Shown: positions 48,839 to 61,657, counted from the stretch's first letter. The stretch: DNA of 64,000 bases from an uncultured Chloroflexia bacterium (GCA_963797095.1 CAWCNY010000005.1:576001-640000); one strand, 5' to 3'. Notes: generated by a model not told the origin, from the sequence alone. Program-made: numbers and translations.

Positions 48839-50983
48839 TTGATGTTGCCATCGTCCAACAATATATATCCAGAATCGAACACCTCCCAATCGATGGATAT
48901 GCTCCAGGCGTTGGTATTGGCGATCATGGATGCGCCCGACCGACGCTCTGCTTTAGGGGGCATAGTCAAGGAGACTTGTGTTCGAGCGGGCTGGGACTAT
49001 GGTGAAGCGTGGGTGGTAGAGGCCGATCAAGAGGGTAATAAAGACCATCTGCGCCTTGCCACAAGCTGGCATACAGGAACGCTTGAGCTCGAGTCGTTTG
49101 CCAGCTATAGCAGGAACCTCACAATCGAGAGTGACGGGCCGCTGGCCGGGCGTGCCTGGGCAACCCACGCGCCGGTGTGGATCAAGTCGCTTAAGGACGA
49201 ACCAAAGTTCCGTCGTGGTGCTCTGGCAAGCCGTGTAGGCCTGGTTGCGGGATTCGCAATGCCGCTCTTCACCGAACAGAGCATGATCACGGTGCTAACT
49301 TTCTTCATGACAGCCAGCGAAGAGAGAGACGAGGAATTCATCAATGCGCTTTCGCAATCGGGTCCGATGCTCGGTGCGTTGATGGAGCGTAAGCCTGATG
49401 GGATGGGGGCAGGCACAGGTCTCACGGGGCCGGAACTGATAGATGAGAATCTCAGGTTGAGCCAGGCGCTGCTGTCGAACTTAGTCAATTCGGCTATGGA
49501 CGCGATCATCTCCATAGACGAATCACAACGCATCACCCTGTTTAATCGGGCAGCCGAACAGATGTTCAGATGCTCGGCGGAAGAGGCAATCGGCCAAAGC
49601 CTCGACCGTTTCATCCCTGCGCGGCTTCAAGAGGCGCACCGTGATCTTGTGGCAGAGTTCGGTGAAACAGAGTCGGTAGCGGGGCTACGTCCGCATAGAC
49701 CTGTTGTGGGGCTGCGGGCCACCGGCGAAGAGTTCCCGCTCGAATCGTCTGTTTCGCACACTACAGTCGGGGGACGGAAAGTGTTCACTGCCATACTGCG
49801 GGACATCACGGAGCGGCAGCGCACCGAGGAGGCAAGAAGGGCACAAGTAGCCGCCGAGCAAGCCAATCAGGCAAAGAGCGAGTTCCTATCGCGCATGAGC
49901 CATGAACTGCGCACACCTCTCAACTCTATTATAGGATTCTCAGATCTGCTCAACATGGAAGGGCTCGCGCCACGCCAGCGCGAGAATGTGGGCTACATTC
50001 GGCAGGCCGGGCAGCATCTCCTCCAGCTTGTCAATGAGGTGCTCGATATCACGAGTATCGAATCGGGCGCGGTCAACTTTTCATTGGAGCCGGTTGAGTT
50101 GAACGATGTGATCAATGAGGCGATTGACCTGGTGCGCCCTCTGGCTGCCACACGGTTTGTGCAGTTCAGACTTGAGCCGATGCAGCCCGATCTCTACGTG
50201 CAAGCTGATCGTCAGCGGCTGAAGCAGATTCTACTCAACCTCCTGTCAAACGCTGTTAAGTATAATGTGGAGAGCGGCCTGGTCACGCTCACGGTGGATG
50301 CAGACGATGATGGTCCAATAGGGGTCAGTGTTTCGGATACGGGCATGGGAATCGACCCTGGGAAGATGAGCAAGCTGTTCATGCCTTTCGAGCGATTGGG
50401 GGCCGAACGGCTCGGCGCGGAAGGCACAGGACTGGGGTTAGCGCTCGTCAAACACCTGGTTGAGGCCATGAACGGCACTATTGGAGTGGAGAGCACGCCC
50501 GGCAAGGGAAGCACCTTTTGGGTTGAGCTGCCGCGCACGCAGGCGCAAGTAATGCCTCTGCGGAAACTTGGTACTGCGCCTATCGACACGTCCAGTCTTC
50601 CTGGTTACACATCGACCATATTGTATGTGGAAGATAATCTGTCGAATATCAGATTGGTAGAGCGTATTCTTGAGCACCGGCAAGGTATCAGGTTGTTGAG
50701 TTCTATGCAAGGGAGGCTTGCGCTCGACATTGCTCGCGATCACAAGCCCGATGTGATTCTGCTTGACCTGCATTTACCCGATATTACGGGCCAGGATGTA
50801 CTGCAAGCTCTCAAGAGCGACGCTACAACACATGACATCCCGGTCGTGATTATAAGCGCCGACGCCACACAGGGCACACTCGAACGCCTTATTGCAGCGG
50901 GAGCGCACAGTTATCTCACAAAACCTCTGGAAGTCAGACGCTTCCTGCGTGTTCTTGACGAGACGCTAACCTCCACGCGATAG
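48839..50983 (+). CDS. Hybrid histidine kinase GAF-PAS-HisKA-HATPase-REC; start uncertain
   Basis: MSHELRTPLN, NLLSNAVKY, DTGMGI, GTGLGL and LLDLHLPD. Confidence 0.92.
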   Translation: MMLPSSNNIYPESNTSQSMDMLQALVLAIMDAPDRRSALGGIVKETCVRAGWDYGEAWVVEADQEGNKDHLRLATSWHTGTLELESFASYSRNLTIESDGPLAGRAWATHAPVWIKSLKDEPKFRRGALASRVGLVAGFAMPLFTEQSMITVLTFFMTASEERDEEFINALSQSGPMLGALMERKPDGMGAGTGLTGPELIDENLRLSQALLSNLVNSAMDAIISIDESQRITLFNRAAEQMFRCSAEEAIGQSLDRFIPARLQEAHRDLVAEFGETESVAGLRPHRPVVGLRATGEEFPLESSVSHTTVGGRKVFTAILRDITERQRTEEARRAQVAAEQANQAKSEFLSRMSHELRTPLNSIIGFSDLLNMEGLAPRQRENVGYIRQAGQHLLQLVNEVLDITSIESGAVNFSLEPVELNDVINEAIDLVRPLAATRFVQFRLEPMQPDLYVQADRQRLKQILLNLLSNAVKYNVESGLVTLTVDADDDGPIGVSVSDTGMGIDPGKMSKLFMPFERLGAERLGAEGTGLGLALVKHLVEAMNGTIGVESTPGKGSTFWVELPRTQAQVMPLRKLGTAPIDTSSLPGYTSTILYVEDNLSNIRLVERILEHRQGIRLLSSMQGRLALDIARDHKPDVILLDLHLPDITGQDVLQALKSDATTHDIPVVIISADATQGTLERLIAAGAHSYLTKPLEVRRFLRVLDETLTSTR

Positions 50984-51140
50984 CCATCCGAATCCCAGAA
51001 AAGTAAGGCGAACCTCTAAGCTGGCAGCGAACCGTTAATCAGCATTTCAGATTATGAGACGCTTATAGCTTTACATTTCATTAAGAATTGGGTATGATTA
51101 GGACCGGGTACTATTGAAGGTATCAAGGTGAGCATGTCCA

Positions 51141-53795
51141 ATGCGCAGGTCCTTATCGCTCAACAAGCTGTTACTCATCTTCTCTCTACTTCTTGCATTT
51201 CCCATAGTGGCCGCACTCGCCTACTCTTCCTATGTCGATTGGCAGAATAGTGAGCAAGCAGTTCGCAACGCGAACACGCAGACAGCTAAGATAATCGCCG
51301 CTCAGGTTGACGGGTATATTTCAGATGCGCGCTTCATGTTGGAGCAGATGGCCGCGCGCCCATCAGTACGCAACCTTGACCCTGGTGAGTGCGACCCCGC
51401 GCTGGACGATTTTCTTGCTTTGCATACTCAATTCACCACAGTCTTTACGGTTGGCCCGGATGGGCAACTGGTGTGCTCGACGACGCCGCCTGCAAACCGC
51501 CCAAGCACCGCTTTCGGGGACAGGGCATGGTTTCAGGACCTTGTGGCGAATAACGAGTTCGTAATCAGCGAACCCCAGATCGGGAAACTCAGCGGTAAGT
51601 GGGTGGCGGTACTGGCAGTGCCCGTGCATGGGGCAGATAATCGGACGGCAGGCGTAATAGCTTTCTCATTGGATCTTATCCGCTTCCAGGAGCCTTTCGC
51701 TACGTCTGTGAGCCTGGAGGACACAGTAGTCCGAATCATCAACAACGACGGGACGATTGTTGCATCGAGCGACGCCCCCGAACAATGGGTGGGCAGGAAC
51801 TTCGCGGATAACACCACGGTGCAAAGTGTCCTTTCCAGTTTTTCGGGCCAGGATCAGAGCACCGGACTGGACGGTATCGAGCGACTCCAGTCTTACACAA
51901 CCATAGGGTCGGCAAACTGGCATGTGTGGGTAGGTGAGCCGGTTGAGACGGCATTTGTGGCAGCGCGAGACAACTCCATCCGAAATGGGGTTATCGCCTT
52001 GCTGCTATTGGTGGCGGCGGGGGCTTTCGCATTTATGGCTGGGCAGGGGATCGTTGGGCCCGTAAACAGGCTGGCGCAGGCAGCGCGTGCTGTTGGGCAA
52101 GGCAATCGCGATGTCAGAGCACCGGTGGAAGGCCCGGCGGAGATAGCGGATATGGCCTTGGCGTTCAATGCAATGCTGGCGGCGCGCAACAGGGTTGAGG
52201 AAGACCTGCAGCAGTCTGAAGAGGTATTCAAGAAGGCATTCCAGGCCAGCCCTGAAGCGCTATTGATCAGGCGGCTCAGCGACAATGCTGTGCTTGATGT
52301 GAACCCGGCCTTCGAGGAGGTAACAGGCTTTAGCCGAAAGGAAGTGTACGACGAACCCAACGTCTTCTTCGAATTGCTGGCCGGCCCTGACTACCTGGGT
52401 GTAGTTCCCAATATGCTGGCATCGGGCCAGCCTGTTGTGAACTACGAAGTGCAGTTTCGGCATAAATCGGGTGAGATGCGGGATGCCCTGATCACAGCCG
52501 AGAATGTGGAGATCAGGGGCGAGCGCTGCCTGTTGGTGATAGGGCGCGACATCACGGAAATCCGCCAGGCCGAGCGCGCCCGGTTGGCAGTGGAAGCTGC
52601 CGAGAGCGCCAACAAAGCCAAGAGCGAGTTTCTATCGAGTATGAGCCATGAACTGCGCACTCCGCTCAACGCTGTGCTGGGCTTCACCGAGCTTTTGGAG
52701 ATGGAGAACCCTACGCAAAGGCAGTACGAGAATCTAGAGCATATACGCAATGCGGGGCAGCACCTTCTAAAGCTGGTTAACGAAGTGCTCGATATGGCAC
52801 GTATCGAAGCGCAGCAGATCAACCTCGCTCCCGAACCTGTGCCGGTTAGCGACATTCTCAAGGAATGCGTTGACCTGATCGCCCCAAGCGCCCAAAGAGA
52901 CAACATAGAGATCAGGGTAGCGTCGAACGGGCCAGCGAACGACGGAAGTTGGAATGAAGCGGCAGGCAAAGGTAAGGGCCAATCAGCCGAGCAGTGGGTG
53001 CTCGCCGACAGGCAGAAGTTGCGGCAAACGCTACTCAATCTGCTCTCCAACGCGATCAAGTACAACCACGAAGGAGGCTCGGTAACGGTGGGGTCCTCAC
53101 ACGACGGCAACGGATACATCCGCATCAGTGTAGCGGACACGGGTGAGGGCATATCGCCGGAGCAGATGAAGAGGTTGTTTGTGCCTTTCGAGCGACTTGA
53201 GGCAGGCAGGCGCAACATAGAGGGTACGGGCCTGGGCCTGGCGCTGTCCAAGCTGTTAGTGGAGGCGATGGCAGGACGTATCGGGGTGGAAAGCGAGCAG
53301 GGGAGTGGCTCTACCTTCTGGGTTGAGCTTCCCAGGGTGGTCCTGCGTGCTCATGATCAGGACAGACCGAGGGATGAAATAGAAGGAAGCAGCATGGACG
53401 AGGTAACCCATGAAACTACGACAGGGAATGTGCTCTATATTGAGGACAATCTATCCAACCTCAAGCTCGTGGAGGGGATATTGCGGCACCGGCCGGGGGT
53501 GAAGCTGGCGGCTGCTGTCACAGGGGGTGAGGGGCTGGAAGCGGCCCGGCAAAGCAAGCCTGACGTGATCCTGCTCGATCTCAATTTGCCGGATATGCAT
53601 GGTGAAGAGGTATTCAGGCAGTTGCGGGATGGGGAGACGACAGCGCAGATCCCTGTAGTGATAGTGAGTGCGGATGCCAGCCCTGACCAGATCCGGCACT
53701 TAGAATCGCTTGGCGCTTATTCGTATGTCACTAAGCCCGTGGATATCCATCGCCTGCTTGGACTGATCGATGATTTGTTGGGAAAGCAATCTTAA
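51141..53795 (+). CDS. Hybrid histidine kinase TM-dCache-TM-HAMP-PAS-HisKA-HATPase-REC
   Basis: DRAWFQ Cache motif, HAMP EIADMALAFNAM, MSHELRTPLN and LLDLNLPD. Confidence 0.92.
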   Translation: MRRSLSLNKLLLIFSLLLAFPIVAALAYSSYVDWQNSEQAVRNANTQTAKIIAAQVDGYISDARFMLEQMAARPSVRNLDPGECDPALDDFLALHTQFTTVFTVGPDGQLVCSTTPPANRPSTAFGDRAWFQDLVANNEFVISEPQIGKLSGKWVAVLAVPVHGADNRTAGVIAFSLDLIRFQEPFATSVSLEDTVVRIINNDGTIVASSDAPEQWVGRNFADNTTVQSVLSSFSGQDQSTGLDGIERLQSYTTIGSANWHVWVGEPVETAFVAARDNSIRNGVIALLLLVAAGAFAFMAGQGIVGPVNRLAQAARAVGQGNRDVRAPVEGPAEIADMALAFNAMLAARNRVEEDLQQSEEVFKKAFQASPEALLIRRLSDNAVLDVNPAFEEVTGFSRKEVYDEPNVFFELLAGPDYLGVVPNMLASGQPVVNYEVQFRHKSGEMRDALITAENVEIRGERCLLVIGRDITEIRQAERARLAVEAAESANKAKSEFLSSMSHELRTPLNAVLGFTELLEMENPTQRQYENLEHIRNAGQHLLKLVNEVLDMARIEAQQINLAPEPVPVSDILKECVDLIAPSAQRDNIEIRVASNGPANDGSWNEAAGKGKGQSAEQWVLADRQKLRQTLLNLLSNAIKYNHEGGSVTVGSSHDGNGYIRISVADTGEGISPEQMKRLFVPFERLEAGRRNIEGTGLGLALSKLLVEAMAGRIGVESEQGSGSTFWVELPRVVLRAHDQDRPRDEIEGSSMDEVTHETTTGNVLYIEDNLSNLKLVEGILRHRPGVKLAAAVTGGEGLEAARQSKPDVILLDLNLPDMHGEEVFRQLRDGETTAQIPVVIVSADASPDQIRHLESLGAYSYVTKPVDIHRLLGLIDDLLGKQS

Positions 53796-53938
53796 GTGCC
53801 AGGTTAAGCGTTAATGATCTACACAAAGAGTAAAGCTCAAAACTACACAGGTACCTACTTCCCAGGGTTAGTGCCAAAGGAAACCGCAGATGGGGATGAT
53901 ATGGAAATGGCACCTGGGTGCGAGAGGAGTGATGCGCC

Positions 53939-54988
53939 ATGACAACAGCTACCCTCACGACGACGTGGCCGAATGCGCGTATCCTGGTGGTTGATGACCA
54001 GCCGGTGAACACTCTCCTCCTTGAGAATATCTTGAACAGGTATGGGTTCAGGAATGTGCATTCGATCACGGATGCGCGGGACGTGGTGCCTTTGGTGCGT
54101 GATCTGAAGCCTGACCTGATATTGCTCGATCTGTGGATGCCGTACCTGGATGGGTTTGAGGTGCTGGAGAATCTGAGCGATGTGATCGACGGGAGCGAGT
54201 TCTTGCCTGTGCTGGTGCTGACGGCGGATGTGAACCCGGATAGTAAGAGGCGCGCCCTATCGAGCGGTGCGAAGGACTTTTTGAACAAGCCGTTCGACAG
54301 CCAGGAAGTGATCCTGCGGGTTACGAATTTGCTTGAGACGAGGTGGTTGTATTTGCAGTTGCAGGACCGGAACCGCAATCTGGACGAGCAGGTGCGGAAG
54401 CGCACTTATGAGCTGGAAGCGGCGCAGGTTGAGATGCTGGAGAGGCTGGCGTGGGCGGCTGAGTACCGGGACGACGATACGGGCCGCCATATCCAGCGGG
54501 TGGGGAATAATGCGACGATTGTGGCGGAGGCGCTTGGGCTGGGGGAGCAGTTGACCACGCTTATACAACGGGCTGCGCCTCTGCATGATGTGGGGAAGAT
54601 CGGGGTGCCGGACAGTATTCTTCTTAAGCCGGGCAGGCTGACGGCTGAGGAGTTTGATGTGATCAAGAGGCATACGAATATCGGTGCTCGGATCCTGGCG
54701 GAGGGGCATTCGGCCCTGGTACGGACGGCTGCGAGTATTGCTTTTTCGCACCACGAGCGATGGGACGGGTCGGGGTATCCGGCGCGCGTGACGGCGGAGA
54801 GGATTCCGATTGAGGGGCGTATTGTGGCGGTGGTGGATGCTTTTGATGCTCTTACTCATAAACGTCCTTATAAGGAGCCGTGGCCTATTGAGGATGCCCT
54901 TGCGGAGATACGCAGGAATACGGGGACGCAATTCGATCCTATGATTGCTGAGGCGTTTTTGGATTGTCAGAGGTGTCTTGAGTTGTGA
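53939..54988 (+). CDS. REC + HD-GYP cyclic-dinucleotide phosphodiesterase (RpfG-like)
   Basis: [29 protein letters not shown] and RPYK. Confidence 0.92.
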   Translation: MTTATLTTTWPNARILVVDDQPVNTLLLENILNRYGFRNVHSITDARDVVPLVRDLKPDLILLDLWMPYLDGFEVLENLSDVIDGSEFLPVLVLTADVNPDSKRRALSSGAKDFLNKPFDSQEVILRVTNLLETRWLYLQLQDRNRNLDEQVRKRTYELEAAQVEMLERLAWAAEYRDDDTGRHIQRVGNNATIVAEALGLGEQLTTLIQRAAPLHDVGKIGVPDSILLKPGRLTAEEFDVIKRHTNIGARILAEGHSALVRTAASIAFSHHERWDGSGYPARVTAERIPIEGRIVAVVDAFDALTHKRPYKEPWPIEDALAEIRRNTGTQFDPMIAEAFLDCQRCLEL

Positions 54989-55036
54989 CGAGTGACGAGT
55001 AGCGAGTAGCGAGTGGCGAGTGGCGAGTGACGAGTG
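54985..55036. repeat. Heptamer tandem repeat (GTRRCGA)x7
   Basis: gtgacga gtgacga gtagcga gtagcga gtggcga gtggcga gtgacga, starting at the HD-GYP stop. Confidence 0.9.
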
Positions 55037-55153
55037 GTGAGGTAGGACTATGTTCTGGGCTTGACGGCACTTTTGGGCCATTGATGATATCGATCCTCGG
55101 CGACTATGATGGTTGTCGGGGATTTCTTTTGGCTTGCGATTTGGAAGGATGGT

Positions 55154-55822
55154 ATGCAGCCACTGAAACAGCAAGCACCGTTTCGACTTGGACACAGGCC
55201 CGCGCTGGATGGGTTGCGCGGGATATTTGTGCTTACAGTGGTGGCTCTGCACGCCGGGATACCGTTCATGCAGGGTGGGGGCCTTGGGGTAGATGGCTTC
55301 TTTGTGCTGTCGGGGTTCTTGATTACCTGTTTGCTTTTGCAGGAATGGCAACGCCACGGGGTGATCAGTCTTAATGGTTTCTACGTAAGACGGGCACTTC
55401 GGCTGCTGCCTGCCTTTTACAGCGTACTGGCCGTGATAGGGATAATCACTATGGTGTGCTTGACGGGAGACCTGGCGGTTGATACACAACGGGGATTGCT
55501 CCTTTCGTTCTTGTATTGCAGCAACTGGTTCACGGTGTTTTTCGGGGAAAATCATGTTGGCCTGGGATTATTACTGCATACATGGTCACTTGGTATTGAG
55601 GAGCAGTTCTACCTGGTGTGGCCGGTGTTGCTGATAGGGTTGCTGAGGCTTCGTCTTCGGGAGATGAGGCTTGTGGCCGTGATTGGGACGCTGGCTGTGG
55701 TTGCGTCATTGCGGCGGGTATGGCTTGTGATGATTGGGACCTCCTTTGCGAGGATGTCGTTTGGGACGGATACGCGAGTGGATGCGTTACTGATTGGGTG
55801 TACATGGGGATTGGATGCGTGA
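55154..55822 (+). pseudogene. Acyltransferase-3 (OafA-like), C-terminally truncated
   Basis: LDGLRG, GVDGFFVLSGFLIT, RRALRLLP and HTWSLGIEEQFY. It ends just after RVDALLIG, short of the usual TM count. Confidence 0.8.
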
Positions 55823-55867
55823 TATGCACTCGCTGATGTGCAGCAGGTAGAGCCTGGCATCTTTCAT
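55805..55867 (-). pseudogene. 5' remnant of a HEPN/DUF86 toxin
   Basis: Hand translation [20 protein letters not shown]; ATGA overlap with the MNT stop. Confidence 0.65.
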
Positions 55868-56162
55868 AGGGGGATAGCTTCCTGCAATACTCTATCTCGG
55901 ATGTACCAATGCAGGGCTTTCTCGGTGACAACATCAACCTTACACCCTGGAAGGTCCTGGAGGTCGAGGAGGAGGCCACTCAGGTCGAGGAGATTGCGGC
56001 CAGGGTCAAGTTCTACCAGGATATCAACGTCACTTTCGTGGGTGGCGTCGCCCCTGGCAACAGAGCCAAACAGCCGTACATTCGTACATTGCGCGCCCCC
56101 TGTTCGTTGGCGAGGCGCAATATGTCTATCCGTTTGGCTCTGACTTGCTCGGTGATATTCAA
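55864..56162 (-). pseudogene. MNT (minimal nucleotidyltransferase) antitoxin, frameshifted
   Basis: Removing the 8-bp duplication at 56075-56090 restores ..[51 protein letters not shown]. Confidence 0.85.
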
Positions 56163-56189
56163 TTGCTCATCCAGATGATATTCGACGAA

Positions 56190-58124
<1,935 letters not shown>

Positions 58125-58279
58125 TTATCCACAATTTGATGCTAATATCGCTATCAGTAATTATACCATATTTTGGGGGGATTTGCACGTGAATGTAGCA
58201 CGTGCGTTCTGTTGGCGGTGCCTGAGGAAGAGCTTGTAGGGGGTGCTTCTTGGTTGGATGGGCATGGTGGAGGCAAAGA

Positions 58280-58395
58280 CCCCTCACCCCCGACCCTTCT
58301 CCCCGTTCGAACGGGGAGAGGGGAGAGTAAAAAGAGGAAGTAGAGTTGGGGGACACCCCCCAAACCCCCTGTCAGGGGAGTACCCCTGCACCCCT
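58280..58395. repeat. Cluster of G/C-rich REP-like palindromes
   Basis: CTCCCCGTTCGAACGGGGAG, GGGGGACACCCCC and CAGGGGAGTACCCCTG. Confidence 0.6.
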
Positions 58396-58546
58396 TTTGG
58401 TATGTGGCGGGAATATGATACCTTACCCTGGCAGGGAAGTGCCTCTGCACCCACTCTGTGGGTGGAGATAGTAAATCCGCCTTCGGGACGGCCTTGTTGG
58501 GGCCGGGGAAGGCGGATTTTGTTGGGGCTGGTAGTGGGTCAGGGGT

Positions 58547-59323
58547 TTATTGGATTGTGAAGACTAGCACCTGCTCGAGGCCGGTGGAGAGGCCGTGGGC
58601 TACGAGGGAGTAGGTGCCATTGGGTAGGCCGGTGGTGTCGAGGGTGTAGGAGAAGGCACCGGAGTCGTCGGCGGAGGCCATAGCGTTGAGACCGACGACA
58701 CCGTCTACTGTATCGGAGTTATCCTGTCCGAGGGAGTTACGGGGGACTGTGACGCCTGAGGGGACGTTAACCCAGAAGCTGATCCATTCGTCAGCTTCGT
58801 AGGAAGCGCCTGAGATGGTGATGGGTGTGCCAGCGGGAACGGCGCTGCTGGAAGCAGAGAGCTGAGTGGCCGGACCGTCCATAATTGTGAAGGTGAGCAC
58901 CTGATCTTTACCGCTGGTGAGGCCGTGGGCTACGAGGGAGTAGGTGCCATTGGGTAGGCCGGTGGTGTCGAGGGTGTAGGAGAAGTTGCCATCATCATCG
59001 GCTGTGCCCATATCGTTGAGGCCGATGACGCCGTCCACTATCTCGGTATTGGATTGGCCGAGGGAGTCGGGGGAGATTATAGTGCCTGAGGGCACGTTGA
59101 CCCAGACGCCGACCCACTCATCGGCATCGAAGGAAGAGCCTGAGATGGTGAGAGGGGTGCCAGCGGCAACGGTGGAACCGCTAGCTGATGTTAGCGCTAA
59201 TGGGGAGAGGAGGGAAGCAGTCAGGGTTTGCGCAGAGGCTCTTGTACTGCCGAGGAGGGTGGCAGCGAGGGCCAGAGTGAGACCAGGGGCCGCCATCCAT
59301 TTGAAGTTGATCCTGGTAAACAT
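58547..59323 (-). CDS. Secreted protein with two tandem ~110-aa beta-rich repeats
   Basis: Signal peptide ending ASA; repeat AGTP.TISG...FSYTLDTTGLPNGTYSLVAHGL; 330-bp DNA period. Confidence 0.75.
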   Translation of the reverse strand: MFTRINFKWMAAPGLTLALAATLLGSTRASAQTLTASLLSPLALTSASGSTVAAGTPLTISGSSFDADEWVGVWVNVPSGTIISPDSLGQSNTEIVDGVIGLNDMGTADDDGNFSYTLDTTGLPNGTYSLVAHGLTSGKDQVLTFTIMDGPATQLSASSSAVPAGTPITISGASYEADEWISFWVNVPSGVTVPRNSLGQDNSDTVDGVVGLNAMASADDSGAFSYTLDTTGLPNGTYSLVAHGLSTGLEQVLVFTIQ

Positions 59324-59471
59324 TTGTGTCTCCTGAAAGTGAAGGTTGACCATAAGGGTCCAGTCGGGTCGTTTCTTGTGTCAACTCCACTTTAATACGC
59401 GCACATTAATGACGGGCAGGAGAAGAATTAAGAGTTGATGAAAGGTTAGCCACCGCATGGCTTGATGGAGT

Positions 59472-60575
59472 CTACTTGTATGAGATCCTGGGATCAACGA
59501 GAGTGTAGAGGATATCAACAAGCATGTTGGCGAGAGCTACGGCTACGATTAGCATGAGAGTGATGGCGAGAGTGAGAGGAAAGTCGAGGGGGAGGAGGGT
59601 CTGGCCGGGAGGGCAGGCAAACTCTCCTACCAGACTGGTGACGAGACAGCCGCCAAGGGCCTTGTAATAAAGTTGGCCCATGCCGGGATAGCCGAAGACC
59701 GATTCGACCATGATAGCTCCGGAGAGCACGACGGGCATCATGAGGCCAACGGTGGTGATTATGGGGATGAGAGCGTTGCGAAAGATGTGCTTGAGAACGA
59801 CCCGCTGAAGGCTCAGACCCTTGGCCCAGGCGGTGCGTATGTAGTCGTGACCCAGCACTTCAAGCATCGAGAAGCGGAGCTGCCTGGAGAGGAGGGCGAT
59901 CTGGGGTAGGGCAAGAGTAGTGACAGGCAGGATGAGATGGTAGAGACGGTCGAAGACATTATTGACGGAGTCGCTGCTAGTGGAGGCGAGAGCGCCGGGG
60001 AGGTAGGGGAGCCAATCCCAGCCGAAGCAATTCCTGAACTGGTAGGGGAGTATGCCGAAGAGGACAGCGAGTATTAGGCCGAGCATAAACGGAGGGATGG
60101 AGAAGCCGGTAAAGGTAACGAGGGTGAGGATATGGTCAAGCCTGGAACCCTGCTTGATCGCAGCGATTATGCCGATAGGAATGGCGACAAGTACGGCAAG
60201 AACAAGGGCGAACCCGACCATCAGGAGTGAATTGAGCCAACGCGAGCCAATTACATCGTTTATGGGTTGAGATGGGATGAAGCGCGCACCAAGAACGCGT
60301 TCGGTGACGCCAAAATCGCCCGTGAGGATGCCGGAGCCTCGAATGTGGAGAGGGCCGATTGTAAAGTCAACGCCTTTGGGGATATTAGTCTGAACGTTGT
60401 CATCGTCGAAAACGGTGGAGAACATATCGTCGGGGTCGAAGAGCCAGGCGAAAAAGCTGGCGGGCCAGGGTTTGCCGAGACCGTATTGTTGGTTGAGGGC
60501 CTGCTTTTCGACTGGGAAGCTCCTATTGTACATAGCGGCGGGGCTGCCTGGCATCACATATACAAGGAGCGTGTG
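59472..60575 (-). pseudogene. ABC peptide permease DppB/OppB-like, N-terminus missing
   Basis: YIRTAWAKGL, VESVFGYPGMG and DILYTLVDPRI. The first TM is absent and is replaced by unrelated sequence. Confidence 0.7.
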
Positions 60576-60789
60576 ATGACTCCGCATGGCGTAAACGCCA
60601 GCAGCTTCTACGGTTTTGCACCGATGCATACTCATCCATATGCCATTAAGGTTGCACTATAGGAGACACCTAAGATGCTTTTACGCTGCACAAGGGTTTC
60701 GTGCAACAACCCGCTAACATCTTGCATTATCAAAGTGCGGACTACTACCCGAAGGCAATAGTGGCGTGTAGCATTGGTTAGCTTCCACG

Positions 60790-61657
60790 TAATACTGTAG
60801 GAAAGGCTTACCGTAGATGCGAGGAGATTGCCCCAGGAGACCAGGGGCGGGTCGTAGATGCCCTGATTGAAGTAGGCAAGGACGGCTTCCAGGATTATGA
60901 AGTCGCCAACGGCGAAGGTGGCGGCTACCAGGATGGGGGCAATTGTGTTGGGGAGGAGATGGCGGAAGATGACGCGCCGCCTTCGAGCGCCAAGAGCGCG
61001 GGCGGCCTCGATGAAGGGCTGGGTGCGGAGGGAGAGGATGGAGCCGCGTACGAGGCGAGCAAGGCCCATCCAGCCGAAGAGGGTGAAGACGAGGCTGATC
61101 ACGCCAAGGGTCATGTAGACGCTGGTAGAGGGACTTTGCCAGAGGGGCATGAAGACCATGAGCTGGCGCAGGAGACGAAGGGTAAGCAGGAAGAGCGGGA
61201 GGAGTGGAAGGGCGAGCAGGAGATCGGTAAAGCGCATGATGACGGTATCAATCAGGCCTCCGAAGTAGCCTGCGACGCCGTCCACCAGGGAGCCGATGAG
61301 GACCATGAGTAAGGTGGAGGCGAGGGCCACGAAGAGGGAGGTGCGCCCGCCGACGAGGAGGCGTGTCAGGTAGTCGCGACCAAGCCAGTCGGTGCCAAGC
61401 CAGTGGGTGCCGCCTTTGAGAAGGTCGGCTTCTCCGAAGTGAGCATAGCCCTGGACCGGATTCACCTCATCTACTTTGAACGAGGTGAACATGGGGACGA
61501 AAATGCAGGCCAGAGCGAGAAGGGCTAATGCGATAGCACCAGCGAGGGCACTCTTTTGCCTGCGAAAGCGCCGCCAGACAAGCGCAAATTGAGTTTCTGT
61601 ACGTTTTGGTACAGCACTGAGTGTTTGCCCACCAGAGGTTAGGATTGCATCGGCCAT
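60790..61657 (-). pseudogene. ABC peptide permease DppC/OppC-like, C-terminus missing
   Basis: LGTDWLGRD, FIEAARALGA and SWGNLL. It lacks the final TM and the GDALRDALDP-type tail. Confidence 0.7.

Noticed and set aside
54257-55555. 432-aa minus-strand ORF
   Set aside because: Shadow of the HD-GYP and acyltransferase genes that reads through the heptamer repeat.
55838-56178. Plus-strand ORFs of 101 and 89 aa
   Set aside because: Shadows of the minus-strand MNT pseudogene.
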